A stretch of DNA of 64,000 bases, from the NCBI GenBank assembly GCA_043756865.1, contig JAYUQG010000024.1:91259-155258 (forward strand), written 5' to 3'. Within the stretch, counting starts at the first letter, position 1. Each line of letters begins with the position of its first letter. This document shows positions 1-11,195 of this stretch, one piece after another. A program made the translations under genes and the position numbers. The DNA comes from a bacterium (lineage in GTDB: Bacteria > Patescibacteriota > Minisyncoccia > Phycocordibacterales > UBA6899). Below the pieces are notes generated by a model. The model saw nothing but the letters and a program-made list of their open reading frames with translations, did no database searches and was not told the origin of the DNA.

Positions 1-645
1 ATTGTGATTCCAAAACTCTCAGCGATTATTTTGGAAACAGGAAAGGATTTACCAATCTATACAAAGGCAGTTATTGGCGCGTCGAATTTTATGATAAATT
101 ACGGCCTGCTTTTTGCAGCAGCCATTGCGCTCTTTATTTTTTCTATATGGCGCTACGTACAAACAGATCACGGGAAGGAAGTTATGGCCCGTCTCTCACT
201 CTCAGTCCCGTATATTGGTGACTTATACAAGAAACTCTATTTGGCCCGCATTGCTGATAACTTAAACACAATGCTTTCTTCGGGTATTGCCGTTGTGCGT
301 GCGGTTGAAATCGCAGCGTCAGTTGTCGGCAACGAAGTCTACAAAAACGCACTCCTGAATGTCGCGTCAGATGTACGTACTGGAGTTTCGCTTTCACAGG
401 CAATGGGAAAGCATCCAGAAATTCCCGGAATTATGATTCAAATGATAAAAGTGGGAGAGGAAACAGGGGAAGTGGGAAGTATTCTCGAGACACTCGCAAA
501 GTTTTATAAACGCGAAGTTGATAATGCTGTTGAAACACTCATTGGTATGATTGAGCCAGCAATGATTATTTTGCTGGGGTTGGGGGTTGGGGGACTGTTG
601 GTATCCATCCTCCTCCCAATCTACGACATCACCGCAAGTTTCTAA
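1..645 (+). CDS. pilC: type IV pilus platform protein PilC (GspF family), C-terminal part; 5' end lies outside the window
   Basis: The ORF is open to the window edge. It has the GspF-type C-terminal repeat ...IQMIKVGEETGEVGSILETLAKFYKREVD... followed by a terminal TM helix. A pilin operon lies downstream. Confidence 0.85.
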   Translation: MVIPKLSAIILETGKDLPIYTKAVIGASNFMINYGLLFAAAIALFIFSIWRYVQTDHGKEVMARLSLSVPYIGDLYKKLYLARIADNLNTMLSSGIAVVRAVEIAASVVGNEVYKNALLNVASDVRTGVSLSQAMGKHPEIPGIMIQMIKVGEETGEVGSILETLAKFYKREVDNAVETLIGMIEPAMIILLGLGVGGLLVSILLPIYDITASF

Positions 646-686
646 AATTGACGCATTGCTCGGTTTTCCCTCACTAAACTCACGCA

Positions 687-740
687 ACGTATAAAACATA
701 CGTCTCGTGAGTATTAGCTCAGTCCAAACCTTCGCACTGC
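687..740 (+). repeat. copy a (diverged) of a ~54 nt intergenic repeat carrying the hairpin ACGTAT-N5-ATACGT
   Basis: acgtataaaacatacgt...gctcagtccaaaccttcgcactgc aligns with copies at 786-839 and 22982-23037. Confidence 0.5.
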
Positions 741-785
741 ATCTCATTTTGTGCGTTTTACTCAGCATTATGAACAGTTTTTTGG

Positions 786-839
786 ACGTATAACTCATAC
801 GCCCATCCAAATATCGCCGCAGTCCAGAACTTCGCAATC
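786..839 (+). repeat. copy b of the ~54 nt intergenic repeat
   Basis: acgtataactcatacgcccatccaaatatcgccgcagtccagaacttcgcaatc is about 83% identical by hand alignment to 22982-23037. Confidence 0.65.
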
Positions 840-867
840 TTGGAGCGAGTGTTACCTTTTGGGGGGA

Positions 868-949
868 CTCTCGCAGGAGGGTTGGCTTGGTGTCGCTCTC
901 TTGAGCGACCAACCCGCCGAGAGTGAAGTTGGCGCCCGCAGGAGGCGCC
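868..949 (+). promoter_or_regulatory. strongly structured segment of the long pilin 5' leader/intergenic region
   Basis: Nested helices are present: actctcg(868-874)/cgagagt(918-924) encloses gggttgg(879-885)/ccaaccc(909-915), which encloses gtcgctc/gagcgac. A second hairpin is ggcgcc(931-936)/ggcgcc(944-949). Confidence 0.4.
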
Positions 950-986
950 GACTTGTGCCCCTCAAAAGGCTAACCCGAGCGGTTAT

Positions 987-998
987 TTATCCACACCC
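987..998 (+). promoter_or_regulatory. 12-mer TTATCCACACCC (contains the DnaA-box consensus TTATCCACA), preceded by CCCGAG; shared with the two units flanking sbmA
   Basis: The exact 12-mer recurs at 33723-33734. A one-mismatch copy (TTATGCACACCC) lies at 32045-32056. CCCGAG precedes the motif here and at 32037-32042. Confidence 0.4.
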
Positions 999-1090
999 TC
1001 TTCCCGTACCCTCATTTTGCATGGTACGATATATACAGTGCTTCGAAAATCTGAAGCAATTACATCAGTTATTAATTTTAGTCATTTCTT

Positions 1091-1690
1091 ATGTTCACCT
1101 CTATTAAAGACACGAAGAAAGGTTTCACCCTGATTGAGCTTCTTGTGGTCATTGCGATCATCGGTATTCTCTCTTCAGTTGTGCTCGCATCGCTTTCAAC
1201 CGCGCGCCAAAAGTCACGTGACGCAAAGCGTATCTCTGACGTAGGGCAGATTCAGCTTGCGCTCGAACTCTTCTTCGACGCACAGCAGAGCTACCCACGA
1301 ACAACGCAGCTTGCAAGTACTGTAACGCAGGATGGAGGAGTGCTCGCTCTTACTGCCGCTCAATTTCTTCCTCAGACACCGGTTCCTCCAGCAGGTGGAA
1401 GTCCAAAGTATTTCTACCGCGGTCGTGTAAGCGCAGCGAATCCCCCCGGCATTGCTGATGAGTGTAATGCACTTGCAGAGACATCATGCACTTCGTACAT
1501 TGTTGCAGTCACGCTGGAGCGTGCGGACAACACCGTGCTGACAAGTGATGCCGACACTGACGCAAGTGCTTGGGTTGCCCATGCAGCTGGAGTGGTAGCA
1601 CAGTATGGTGAAGGAGGTGACATCTTTGGTGGCGCTGCAGCTTGTGGGGTCACTGGTGGTGCAGACCTTTGCTACGACATCTCACCGTAA
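1091..1690 (+). CDS. type IV (major) pilin with prepilin-type N-terminal cleavage/methylation domain
   Basis: N-terminus is MFTSIKDTKKGFTLIELLVVIAIIGILSSVVLASL (G/FTLIE class III signal). A terminator follows. Confidence 0.9.
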   Translation: MFTSIKDTKKGFTLIELLVVIAIIGILSSVVLASLSTARQKSRDAKRISDVGQIQLALELFFDAQQSYPRTTQLASTVTQDGGVLALTAAQFLPQTPVPPAGGSPKYFYRGRVSAANPPGIADECNALAETSCTSYIVAVTLERADNTVLTSDADTDASAWVAHAAGVVAQYGEGGDIFGGAAACGVTGGADLCYDISP

Positions 1691-1718
1691 GCAACAGCGA
1701 ATCTTATTTGATTCCAAC

Positions 1719-1746
1719 ACAAGCCCAAGCGGGGCTTGTTTTGTTT
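1719..1746 (+). terminator. rho-independent terminator after the pilin gene
   Basis: Stem acaagccc/gggcttgt is followed by a T-rich run ttttgttt. Confidence 0.7.
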
Positions 1747-1776
1747 CGGGCCACCAAGTATGTCTGAACACTCGAG

Positions 1777-2628
1777 GTGAGATGGTATACTGTGTTCCAC
1801 ATGACGTTGTATATTGGAGTTATATACTTTCTTGCTTTTCTTCTCGGAGCTACTATCGGGAGCTTTCTCAATGTGGTTATTTATCGTATGGGAAGTGGAG
1901 TGGGGTTGGGGGGAAGGTCAAAGTGTCTTTCCTGCGGGCGCGCACTCACCGTGCGCATGCTCATTCCGTTATTCTCGTATTTCTTCCAGAAGGGAAAATG
2001 TGTATTTTGTCGCACAAAAATTGCAGTACAGTATCCCGCTGTTGAATTGGCACTCGCTTCACTTTTCGTTGCTGTTGTAGTGTTGCGTGGATTTGACCCC
2101 CTGCTCGCCACTTGGGTTGAGGTGTTACGAGTATTGCTTGAAATGACCGTGTGGTCGGTTTTACTTGGGGTACTCGTGTATGATCTCAAGCATAAGATTA
2201 TTCCTGACAGATTTTCTGTCATGTTTGCGGTTACTTCAGGAATATTGTTGTTTGTCACTACGCAATTGCAGACACCATCCGTGCAATATATTCCATTCCT
2301 CAATACTACGCCTGCGTGGATTGATTGGGCGGCTGCCCCCCTTATTGCAATTCCGTTTGCGTTACTGTGGCTTCTCTCGGGTGGTCGCGCGATGGGGTTG
2401 GGTGACGCGAAACTTGCTTGGGGGATAGGGTGGTTTCTCGGTTTTTCAGGTGGCGTAACGGCGGTCATTCTCAGTTTTTGGATTGCATTCATCCCAAGTA
2501 TAGTGCTGTTGTTTCTTCGTGCAAAACACTTTACAATGAAAAGTGAGATTCCATTTGCACCCTTTCTTGTGCTCGGCACACTTGTCACTTATTTGTTTGG
2601 GGTCGACATACTCGCATGGACATTTTAG
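1777..2628 (+). CDS. pilD: prepilin peptidase / N-methyltransferase (A24 family)
   Basis: Paired Cys motifs CLSCGRAL...CVFCRTKI and the aspartyl motif MGLGDAKL are present in a multi-TM protein. The start is GTG at 1777 or ATG at 1801. Confidence 0.9.
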   Translation: MRWYTVFHMTLYIGVIYFLAFLLGATIGSFLNVVIYRMGSGVGLGGRSKCLSCGRALTVRMLIPLFSYFFQKGKCVFCRTKIAVQYPAVELALASLFVAVVVLRGFDPLLATWVEVLRVLLEMTVWSVLLGVLVYDLKHKIIPDRFSVMFAVTSGILLFVTTQLQTPSVQYIPFLNTTPAWIDWAAAPLIAIPFALLWLLSGGRAMGLGDAKLAWGIGWFLGFSGGVTAVILSFWIAFIPSIVLLFLRAKHFTMKSEIPFAPFLVLGTLVTYLFGVDILAWTF

Positions 2629-2647
2629 GCGATTCGGTATTTATAAT

Positions 2648-3292
2648 ATGTACAAGAAACAGCCATACACACAGTCCCAGTCATTGGAGAAAGGATTTTC
2701 CCTGCTCGAACTTATTGTTGCCATTTCCATTTTTATTGTCCTTTCGAGTGCTTTTTTGATTAACTATAATTCGTTTAATAAGCGTATCAGTATTGATACA
2801 TTGGCACATCAGATAGGCCAGTGGGTTCGCGATGCTCAAGTTTCTGCAATGAGCGTGAAGCGGACCAGTGTTTCATCGACCGTATTTCCCGGATATGGGT
2901 TGCATTTTTCGACATTAACTCCCAACAAGTTCATCTTTTTTGCAGATTCCCTGACCGCAAATAATCAATATGATGCAGGTGTGGGAATATGCGGCAGCGC
3001 AACCACTGAATGTGAGCGTGAGGTGCAACTCCTGCAGGGGAATGTGCTTGAGGCGCTCTGCGGCGATGCTCCGTCGGGTGCCGCCATTACGGCAAAATGC
3101 GGACTACTCGATACTTCAGAAACATTTGATATTGTGTTCACGCGACCCAATCCTGATGCGGTAATTACTGGCGACCTTGGCGGGGCATCATTCCCCACAG
3201 CGTATTCTCGGGCACAAATTCATTTGCTTTCCCCTGCAGGACACCGACGTGTGGTGGAGGTGTGGACAACTGGCCAGGTATCAATCAGATAA
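2648..3292 (+). CDS. minor pilin / pseudopilin (prepilin-type N-terminal domain)
   Basis: An internal ATG at 2648 gives MYKKQPYTQSQSLEKGFSLLELIVAISIFIVL. The upstream part of tracked ORF 2543 overlaps pilD. Confidence 0.8.
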   Translation: MYKKQPYTQSQSLEKGFSLLELIVAISIFIVLSSAFLINYNSFNKRISIDTLAHQIGQWVRDAQVSAMSVKRTSVSSTVFPGYGLHFSTLTPNKFIFFADSLTANNQYDAGVGICGSATTECEREVQLLQGNVLEALCGDAPSGAAITAKCGLLDTSETFDIVFTRPNPDAVITGDLGGASFPTAYSRAQIHLLSPAGHRRVVEVWTTGQVSIR

Positions 3293-3296
3293 TGCC

Positions 3297-3908
3297 ATGA
3301 AACCAAACGTTATAAAAAAAGCAGGAAAGAAGAATGGATTCACACTCATTGAGATGATTGTCTCGATGTCTATTTTTACCATCGCACTCCTCATTATCGT
3401 TGGAGCGCTTATCAGTCTTGAAAATGCGAGCAGGAAAGCCCGAACAGTGCGTATTGTGACTGACAACTTGAGTGCGGCCATCGACTCCATGTCGCGCAAT
3501 GTGCGCATGGGCACGTATTACCACTGTGGTTGCGTCGGCCCCTATACTACGCCGCTTAACTGCCCAATGACCGACGACACGGGAGGTGGTGGCGCGACAT
3601 GCTTGGCGTTCGAGAGCCAGCGTGGCGATCCATCTATTTCAACCGACCAATATATCTACCGCCTTTCAGGAAATCGCATAGAACGCTCAACAGATGGCGG
3701 AAGCACGTTTCTCGCGCTCACAGCTCCTGAGCTCGATGTAACAAACCTGCGTTTTTATGTCACGGGAACTGAGACAAGCAGCAATCAACCTTATGTGACA
3801 ATGATAGTTCGTGGCTCGGCGTCCACCACACCAAGGACGGCAACAGATTTTAATATTCAAACAACCATCGGCGAGCGAACCCCAAACTTCGACTTCACAG
3901 CACCGTAG
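3297..3908 (+). CDS. minor pilin / pseudopilin (prepilin-type N-terminal domain)
   Basis: ATG at 3297 gives MKPNVIKKAGKKNGFTLIEMIVSMSIFTIALL. Confidence 0.8.
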   Translation: MKPNVIKKAGKKNGFTLIEMIVSMSIFTIALLIIVGALISLENASRKARTVRIVTDNLSAAIDSMSRNVRMGTYYHCGCVGPYTTPLNCPMTDDTGGGGATCLAFESQRGDPSISTDQYIYRLSGNRIERSTDGGSTFLALTAPELDVTNLRFYVTGTETSSNQPYVTMIVRGSASTTPRTATDFNIQTTIGERTPNFDFTAP

Positions 3909-3910
3909 CC

Positions 3911-4510
3911 ATGAAATACTCAAATGCACATCACAAGGGTTTTACACTCATAGAGGCAGTGGTCTCCATTGCAATTTTAGCGTTTGCGGTCGGAGGTCCC
4001 ATGGCACTTTCCGCACAAAGTTTGCGTGCGTCGCGTGAGGCGCGTATCCAGCTGGAAGCTATACACATTGCAGAAGAGGGAATTGAGATTATTCATAACA
4101 TTCGTGACAATAATTCCGCAAAAGACGTTACGCTCACCCGCGATGCATGGATGTCATCCATACTGGGAACATGCGTAGGCGGTTGTATCGCGGATGTTAC
4201 TGACCACTCCGCTGGTGTATGGGGTCCAGCAGCACTTACTGCATGCCCCGCTGGTGACTGCAGTGTTGTAGGGCGCATTTACTATCATCCAACGTCATCA
4301 TTGTATCGACAACGCCAAATCGCGCTTGCGGCGCCGTGGGTGCCAACGGTGTTTACCCGCTCAATGACCGTTGCGGGCGTTGATGACGTGTCGAATCCTG
4401 TGCGACAGGTCGTGGTTACCTCAACGGTGACGTATCAGGGATATAATGGAGCCATCCGTACAATAAGCGTACGTCAGGATCTTTACAATTGGTTTCCTCG
4501 GCTCAACTGA
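3911..4510 (+). CDS. minor pilin / pseudopilin (prepilin-type N-terminal domain)
   Basis: N-terminus is MKYSNAHHKGFTLIEAVVSIAILAFAV. The gene is tightly packed, 2 nt after the previous stop. Confidence 0.8.
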   Translation: MKYSNAHHKGFTLIEAVVSIAILAFAVGGPMALSAQSLRASREARIQLEAIHIAEEGIEIIHNIRDNNSAKDVTLTRDAWMSSILGTCVGGCIADVTDHSAGVWGPAALTACPAGDCSVVGRIYYHPTSSLYRQRQIALAAPWVPTVFTRSMTVAGVDDVSNPVRQVVVTSTVTYQGYNGAIRTISVRQDLYNWFPRLN

Positions 4511-4516
4511 TACTTC

Positions 4517-5041
4517 ATGAAACACTTACGCACACAACTTGAGGATGAAAAACAAGGAGGATATATTCTTCTGCTCACCGTGCTCATTGTCAGCATTATT
4601 CTTGCAATCAGTTTCAGTATTTATGCACTCAGCATAAAGGAAGTAATTCTCGCATCGTTCCTTCGGGAATCAGAAAAGGCATTTACTGCAGCAGACCGTG
4701 CGGTGGAGTGTACAATCTATTGGGACCGTTCGTTCCCTCAGAATGGTTTACCCTACACTGCGTTTGCAACGTCAACAACTTGGGTAGATCCTGTTAATGT
4801 CAATACGGTTGTCTGTGACACCACCTCGCTTCCGCTCATTCCTTGGGATAACACCACAGGGAGAACTGCAACGAGGGGGATTACCACATTTACCATGCAG
4901 TATGTAGATGGTACGTGCGCTGATGTAACAGTCATCAAAGAAAACGGAGGAACAAACATCACCACCAATGGCTATAACAATTGCACACCCGGTGCAGCGC
5001 GAAGAACGCAGCGGACTATTCTGGTTGACAGTAACATTTAA
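4517..5041 (+). CDS. PilX-like pilus-associated protein (N-terminal hydrophobic helix, no canonical GFTLIE)
   Basis: N-terminus is MKHLRTQLEDEKQGGYILLLTVLIVSIILAISF. It is the last gene of the pilin operon. Confidence 0.55.
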   Translation: MKHLRTQLEDEKQGGYILLLTVLIVSIILAISFSIYALSIKEVILASFLRESEKAFTAADRAVECTIYWDRSFPQNGLPYTAFATSTTWVDPVNVNTVVCDTTSLPLIPWDNTTGRTATRGITTFTMQYVDGTCADVTVIKENGGTNITTNGYNNCTPGAARRTQRTILVDSNI

Positions 5042-5047
5042 CACTAA

Positions 5048-7156
<2,109 letters not shown>

Positions 7157-7253
7157 GACGCAGGGGCGGAAGCCCTCCAAGACAATGGGGAAGATTTTTT
7201 ACGAAAAATTTTCTGTTTTGTCAATGAACTCATCATTTCGCAAATGGTGTAGT

Positions 7254-7547
7254 ATGAAGACCATGCTCACAAAAGATGACATCAGTAATCTGGCAGAACT
7301 CGCGCGACTTTCTATTTCTGACGAAGAAAAAGCACTTTTCGCAGAGCGTCTTGGTCCCGTACTTGCCTACGTATCCGAGGTAACCTCCGTTACTACCGAA
7401 GAAGATGCAGTGCCCCGTGTTGGTGCACTAAGAAATGTTATGCGCGAAGATGGCGCGCCCAGAGAAGGCGGAACCTTCACTGACCGTATCCTCACCAACG
7501 CTCCTGCAACCGAAGACGGGTATGTTAAAGTGCGTCAGATTTTCTAG
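7254..7547 (+). CDS. gatC: Asp/Glu-tRNA amidotransferase subunit C
   Basis: Sequence MKTMLTKDDISNLAELARLSISDEEKALFAERLGPVLAYV... lies immediately upstream of gatA. The start is chosen at ATG 7254; 7263 is an alternative. Confidence 0.85.
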   Translation: MKTMLTKDDISNLAELARLSISDEEKALFAERLGPVLAYVSEVTSVTTEEDAVPRVGALRNVMREDGAPREGGTFTDRILTNAPATEDGYVKVRQIF

Positions 7548-7557
7548 TTTTCCACCT

Positions 7558-8991
7558 ATGTCTATCGATATACACAATCTCACAATTAAAGATGCAAGTG
7601 TCGCGCTTCGCGATGGGGAATACACTTCGGTGCAATTGACCGAAGCAGTGCTTACTAATGCAAAAAAAGAAAATCCAGAAATCAATGCGTATGCGGAAAT
7701 TTTTGAAGATGCGGTGGAGCTCGCCGCAAAGGCGGATGCACTGATTGCCCGCAAAGAGGGTGGACCAATGACCGGCATCCCTGTGTCTATAAAGGACAAT
7801 ATGCTCTATCAAGGCAAAGAATCTACTTCAGGCTCGATGATTTTGCGCGGACACAAAGCGACATACAATGGGACAGCAGTTGAAAAACTCATAGCCGGAG
7901 GAGCGGTCATTATTGGACGCACAAATATGGACGAGTTCGCCATGGGAAGCTCAACAGAGACGTGTGCCTATGGGCAGGTAAAGAACCCTATTGACCCCAC
8001 ACGCGTTCCTGGGGGCTCTTCTGGGGGTGCTGCTGCATCGCTTACTATGGGGGGCGCCCTTGGCTCCTACGGCTCGGATACGGGAGGGTCTATTCGTCAG
8101 CCTGCTGCGTTTTGCGGCATCGTTGGGCTAAAGCCCACCTACGGTGCAGTTTCGCGTTACGGACTTATGGCACTGGCGTCATCATTGGACCAGATTGGAC
8201 CATTCGGGAAAACCGTAGAAGACACGAGACTCCTTTTTGATGCAGTGCGTGGGCACGACCCCATGGATAGCACGTCAGTACCCGAAGCACATGCACTCCG
8301 CGCAAAACGCGATGCACCAAAGACGCTCACCATTGGTATTCCGGAGGCATTTATCGACATGGATGGAATGGATGCAGATGTACGTGAAAATTTTCGTGCA
8401 ACGATCGCCCGACTGGAAGCTTCAGGACACAAAATTAAACCTATTGACCTGCCGTCGATGCCGCGATCGCTTGCGGTGTACTACATCATTCAGCCCGCAG
8501 AAGCTTCCGCAAACCTTGCGCGGTATGATGGTATTCGTTTTGGATTCTCGAAATCCGCAGACCGTCTTCGTGAGGTGTATACAGAGACCCGCGGAGAAGG
8601 GTTTGGCAAAGAGGTCCGCCGACGCATCCTCCTTGGAACGTATGTACTTTCTGCAGGATATTACGATGCGTACTACAACAAAGCAGTTGCAGTTCGCCGC
8701 ATGATTATGGAGGAGATGAAGAAGGCGTTTAGTGAGGTAGATGTTATCGCTACACCCACCACCCCTTCTCCCGCATGGAAATTGGGCGCAATGAACGCGG
8801 ATCCACTCAAGATGTATCTCGAAGACATCTTCACTGTACCCGCCAATATTGCCGGTGTGCCAAGCATCTCCATTCCCTCAGGTGTGGTGACGCGCGACGG
8901 CGTGGTGCTTCCCGTGGGTATACAGTTCATGGCGGATGCATTCAACGAAGACGTGCTGTTTCAGGCGGGTTCTGCAGTTGAGCGTATATGA
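7558..8991 (+). CDS. gatA: Asp/Glu-tRNA amidotransferase subunit A (amidase signature family)
   Basis: Amidase signature GGSSGGAAAS and ...IPVSIKDN... are present. ATG at 7558 gives MSIDIHNLTIKDAS. Confidence 0.95.
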   Translation: MSIDIHNLTIKDASVALRDGEYTSVQLTEAVLTNAKKENPEINAYAEIFEDAVELAAKADALIARKEGGPMTGIPVSIKDNMLYQGKESTSGSMILRGHKATYNGTAVEKLIAGGAVIIGRTNMDEFAMGSSTETCAYGQVKNPIDPTRVPGGSSGGAAASLTMGGALGSYGSDTGGSIRQPAAFCGIVGLKPTYGAVSRYGLMALASSLDQIGPFGKTVEDTRLLFDAVRGHDPMDSTSVPEAHALRAKRDAPKTLTIGIPEAFIDMDGMDADVRENFRATIARLEASGHKIKPIDLPSMPRSLAVYYIIQPAEASANLARYDGIRFGFSKSADRLREVYTETRGEGFGKEVRRRILLGTYVLSAGYYDAYYNKAVAVRRMIMEEMKKAFSEVDVIATPTTPSPAWKLGAMNADPLKMYLEDIFTVPANIAGVPSISIPSGVVTRDGVVLPVGIQFMADAFNEDVLFQAGSAVERI

Positions 8992-9638
8992 CTATGTCAG
9001 ACAAACCCCCAGCAAAAGGACCACCAAAAGCAGCAGTAGGAGCGCCAAGCGGAAACAAGATATTTGCGGAGGTTGGAGGTATTCTCATAGCACTCCTCGT
9101 GTTTCTTCCAATCTTAAGCTCGCTTGCGGGGTCGCTCGGATTTCTTGGAGTGGTTGGTGACACGGTGGCTTCTGTTTTCTCTTATGTAAAGATGCTCGCT
9201 ACGGTTATTTCAATGGTTGCATTGATTATTGCTGTCTATTCGTTTATACGTATTTCAGAAATTGCCGCTGAGGAAACAAAGAAGCTTGGGCTCGCGCTCA
9301 ATTGGACAAGTGAACGAAAGCAGAAGAATGCACGTTGGGAGCGCGTAGAGACATACATGACTTCGCTGAATTCCTCTGACTGGAAAATTGCGATTCTTGA
9401 GGCTGATAACATTCTCGACCAAGTAGTAGAACGGATGGGCTACAAGGGGACCACGCTTGGGGAGCGCATGAAGCATATCGAAGCAAGTGATTTCCCGTAT
9501 CTTGAGGACGCATGGACTGCACATAAGACAAGAAATGCGATAGCGCATAAAGGGACTGACTATGAAGTATCCCGCAGTGATGCGGAGCAAACCATCAATA
9601 TCTATCACAGAATTTTTAAGGAGTTGGGGTATTTGTAA
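8988..9638 (+). CDS. hypothetical membrane protein
   Basis: The start overlaps the gatA stop (ATGA). It has an N-terminal Lys/Pro/Ala-rich tail and 2 TM helices. No family was recognised. Confidence 0.6.
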   Translation: MTMSDKPPAKGPPKAAVGAPSGNKIFAEVGGILIALLVFLPILSSLAGSLGFLGVVGDTVASVFSYVKMLATVISMVALIIAVYSFIRISEIAAEETKKLGLALNWTSERKQKNARWERVETYMTSLNSSDWKIAILEADNILDQVVERMGYKGTTLGERMKHIEASDFPYLEDAWTAHKTRNAIAHKGTDYEVSRSDAEQTINIYHRIFKELGYL

Positions 9639-9646
9639 AGCCCAGT

Positions 9647-10756
9647 TTATTCTGCCCATGGACTCGCCAATGGTTCGCCTACAAAAACACCTTGTGCAGG
9701 AAACGCAACGCTTTTCCAGTATGACTCAATCAGCGTCTCTCCTTGAGTGTAGTGAGTAATCACTATTTGTGGGTCAGGAAATTTTTTTTTCAGCGCGTAC
9801 GGTTCGCTTACTGTGCCGTAACTCCCTGTTACTCCAGCTTCAATAAATTCAAGTATGCTCATTTGCGAAGTGTCAGTCAGCATTCCACCAAATGAGGTTA
9901 GGTGGTCTGCTACTGCCCCATTGGGAAATTTGTTTGACGAAATGTTGGGGACCTTGGTTAGACCCTGAAAATAAAAGAGTGCATCGGTAGTATTAGAAAT
10001 GTAATTTTCTGAGGATGCTTTTGTTGATGTGGCACTCTCGGGTTGCGCAGAAAGAAGTTTCACGTGCACTTGCTGGCTAATTGCATGCCCAAGCATCGAT
10101 TTTGAATAATTATTTGCACGCATGCTTCTTATTTGATCTGATGTTTTCATAATGTACGCACTCCCAAATGGTTGTGAATTGTCAGAGGCGACCCCCCGCT
10201 CAATTAATTTTTTTACGCTCGAGACTGATTTTCCCGCGAGCATCATTGATGGCCTAAACCCAAAATCTGTATATGGTGCCAGAGACAGAGAATTATAATA
10301 GGGAAGTGCATCGGGCACATTCCGAGGATCAACGCACGCCATATCGTTGTACCCGAGAGATATTGCGGAGGTAATTCCGTTGCAATTAACGCGTGAGGGG
10401 TTTGTCCACGCAACGGCAATAATCTGAACTGTCTTTGGCAATGCAGCGTTTACTTCCTGAGATAATGCACCGAATTCCTCAGCAGTTAATTGATTTTTTA
10501 GGGGGAGGCTAACATGGACAATATTTTCATTCGGTATACCCCTTTTTGTTTGGTAGTACCATCCAATCTCGATACTTTCGGGGTCATTTTTGTTAATAAC
10601 AATTCCGGTGTTTTGACTGGTTACTTCCCTGTGAAACGTGAGCAATTTCTTTACTGGGGAGATTGTAACCCCACCTTCACTTCGGAAATGTCCAACAAAG
10701 TAGGTACTTACAAACATATAAGCAAGGACAAAAAGAAATATTTCTTTTCTAGGCAT
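9647..10756 (-). CDS. secreted hypothetical protein, possibly TIGR03790-like
   Basis: ATG at 10756 gives MPRKEIFLFVLAYMFV (signal anchor). The segment GIVINKNDPESIEIGWYYQTKRGIPNENIVHVSLP resembles the TIGR03790 N-terminus as I recall it. The tracked ORF start at 10777 is a TTG. Confidence 0.55.
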   Translation of the reverse strand: MPRKEIFLFVLAYMFVSTYFVGHFRSEGGVTISPVKKLLTFHREVTSQNTGIVINKNDPESIEIGWYYQTKRGIPNENIVHVSLPLKNQLTAEEFGALSQEVNAALPKTVQIIAVAWTNPSRVNCNGITSAISLGYNDMACVDPRNVPDALPYYNSLSLAPYTDFGFRPSMMLAGKSVSSVKKLIERGVASDNSQPFGSAYIMKTSDQIRSMRANNYSKSMLGHAISQQVHVKLLSAQPESATSTKASSENYISNTTDALFYFQGLTKVPNISSNKFPNGAVADHLTSFGGMLTDTSQMSILEFIEAGVTGSYGTVSEPYALKKKFPDPQIVITHYTQGETLIESYWKSVAFPAQGVFVGEPLASPWAE

Positions 10757-11058
10757 GCATACAGAATAGCATAGCAAGAAAGCAGGCTTAGCCTAAGGGA
10801 ACTCTCGGCTACCGCCGCGGGTGATATTCAATCTCGACGACTTGATAATGGATATCCTTTCTTCAGCAGACGGGACTCTAGCATAAGAGGCGCAACACCC
10901 ATTTCCAATTTTCAGAACGAGACTCTGTCGCGAATATTTTGCTTGCCGCCGAGCGCAAAATTTCTCGACCCCAGCTCGTGGTTTCGCCTGCTGACGAAAC
11001 ATCGCTCCGCTTTTCGAGTCCCTCGTTGAGTGCGGCAGCGCACTCAACACCGCCGTGC

Positions 11059-11080
11059 AAAAATACCACCTTACGGTGGC
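11059..11080 (-). terminator. rho-independent terminator closing the tRNA operon
   Basis: The minus strand reads gccacc-gtaa-ggtggt followed by attttt. Confidence 0.65.
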
Positions 11081-11092
11081 TTTTTGTATTTG

Positions 11093-11166
11093 CGCGGCGG
11101 ACGGGACTCGAACCCGCAACCTCCCACGTGACAGGCGGGTGCTCTAACCAGTTGAGCTACCACCGC
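11093..11166 (-). tRNA. tRNA-Asp (GTC); CCA not encoded
   Basis: Hand-folded cloverleaf: GCGGTGG acceptor, anticodon loop CTGTCAC, T-loop TTCGAGT. Confidence 0.85.
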
Positions 11167-11195
11167 AAATATTATTTTCTGGCCACCTTGACCAG

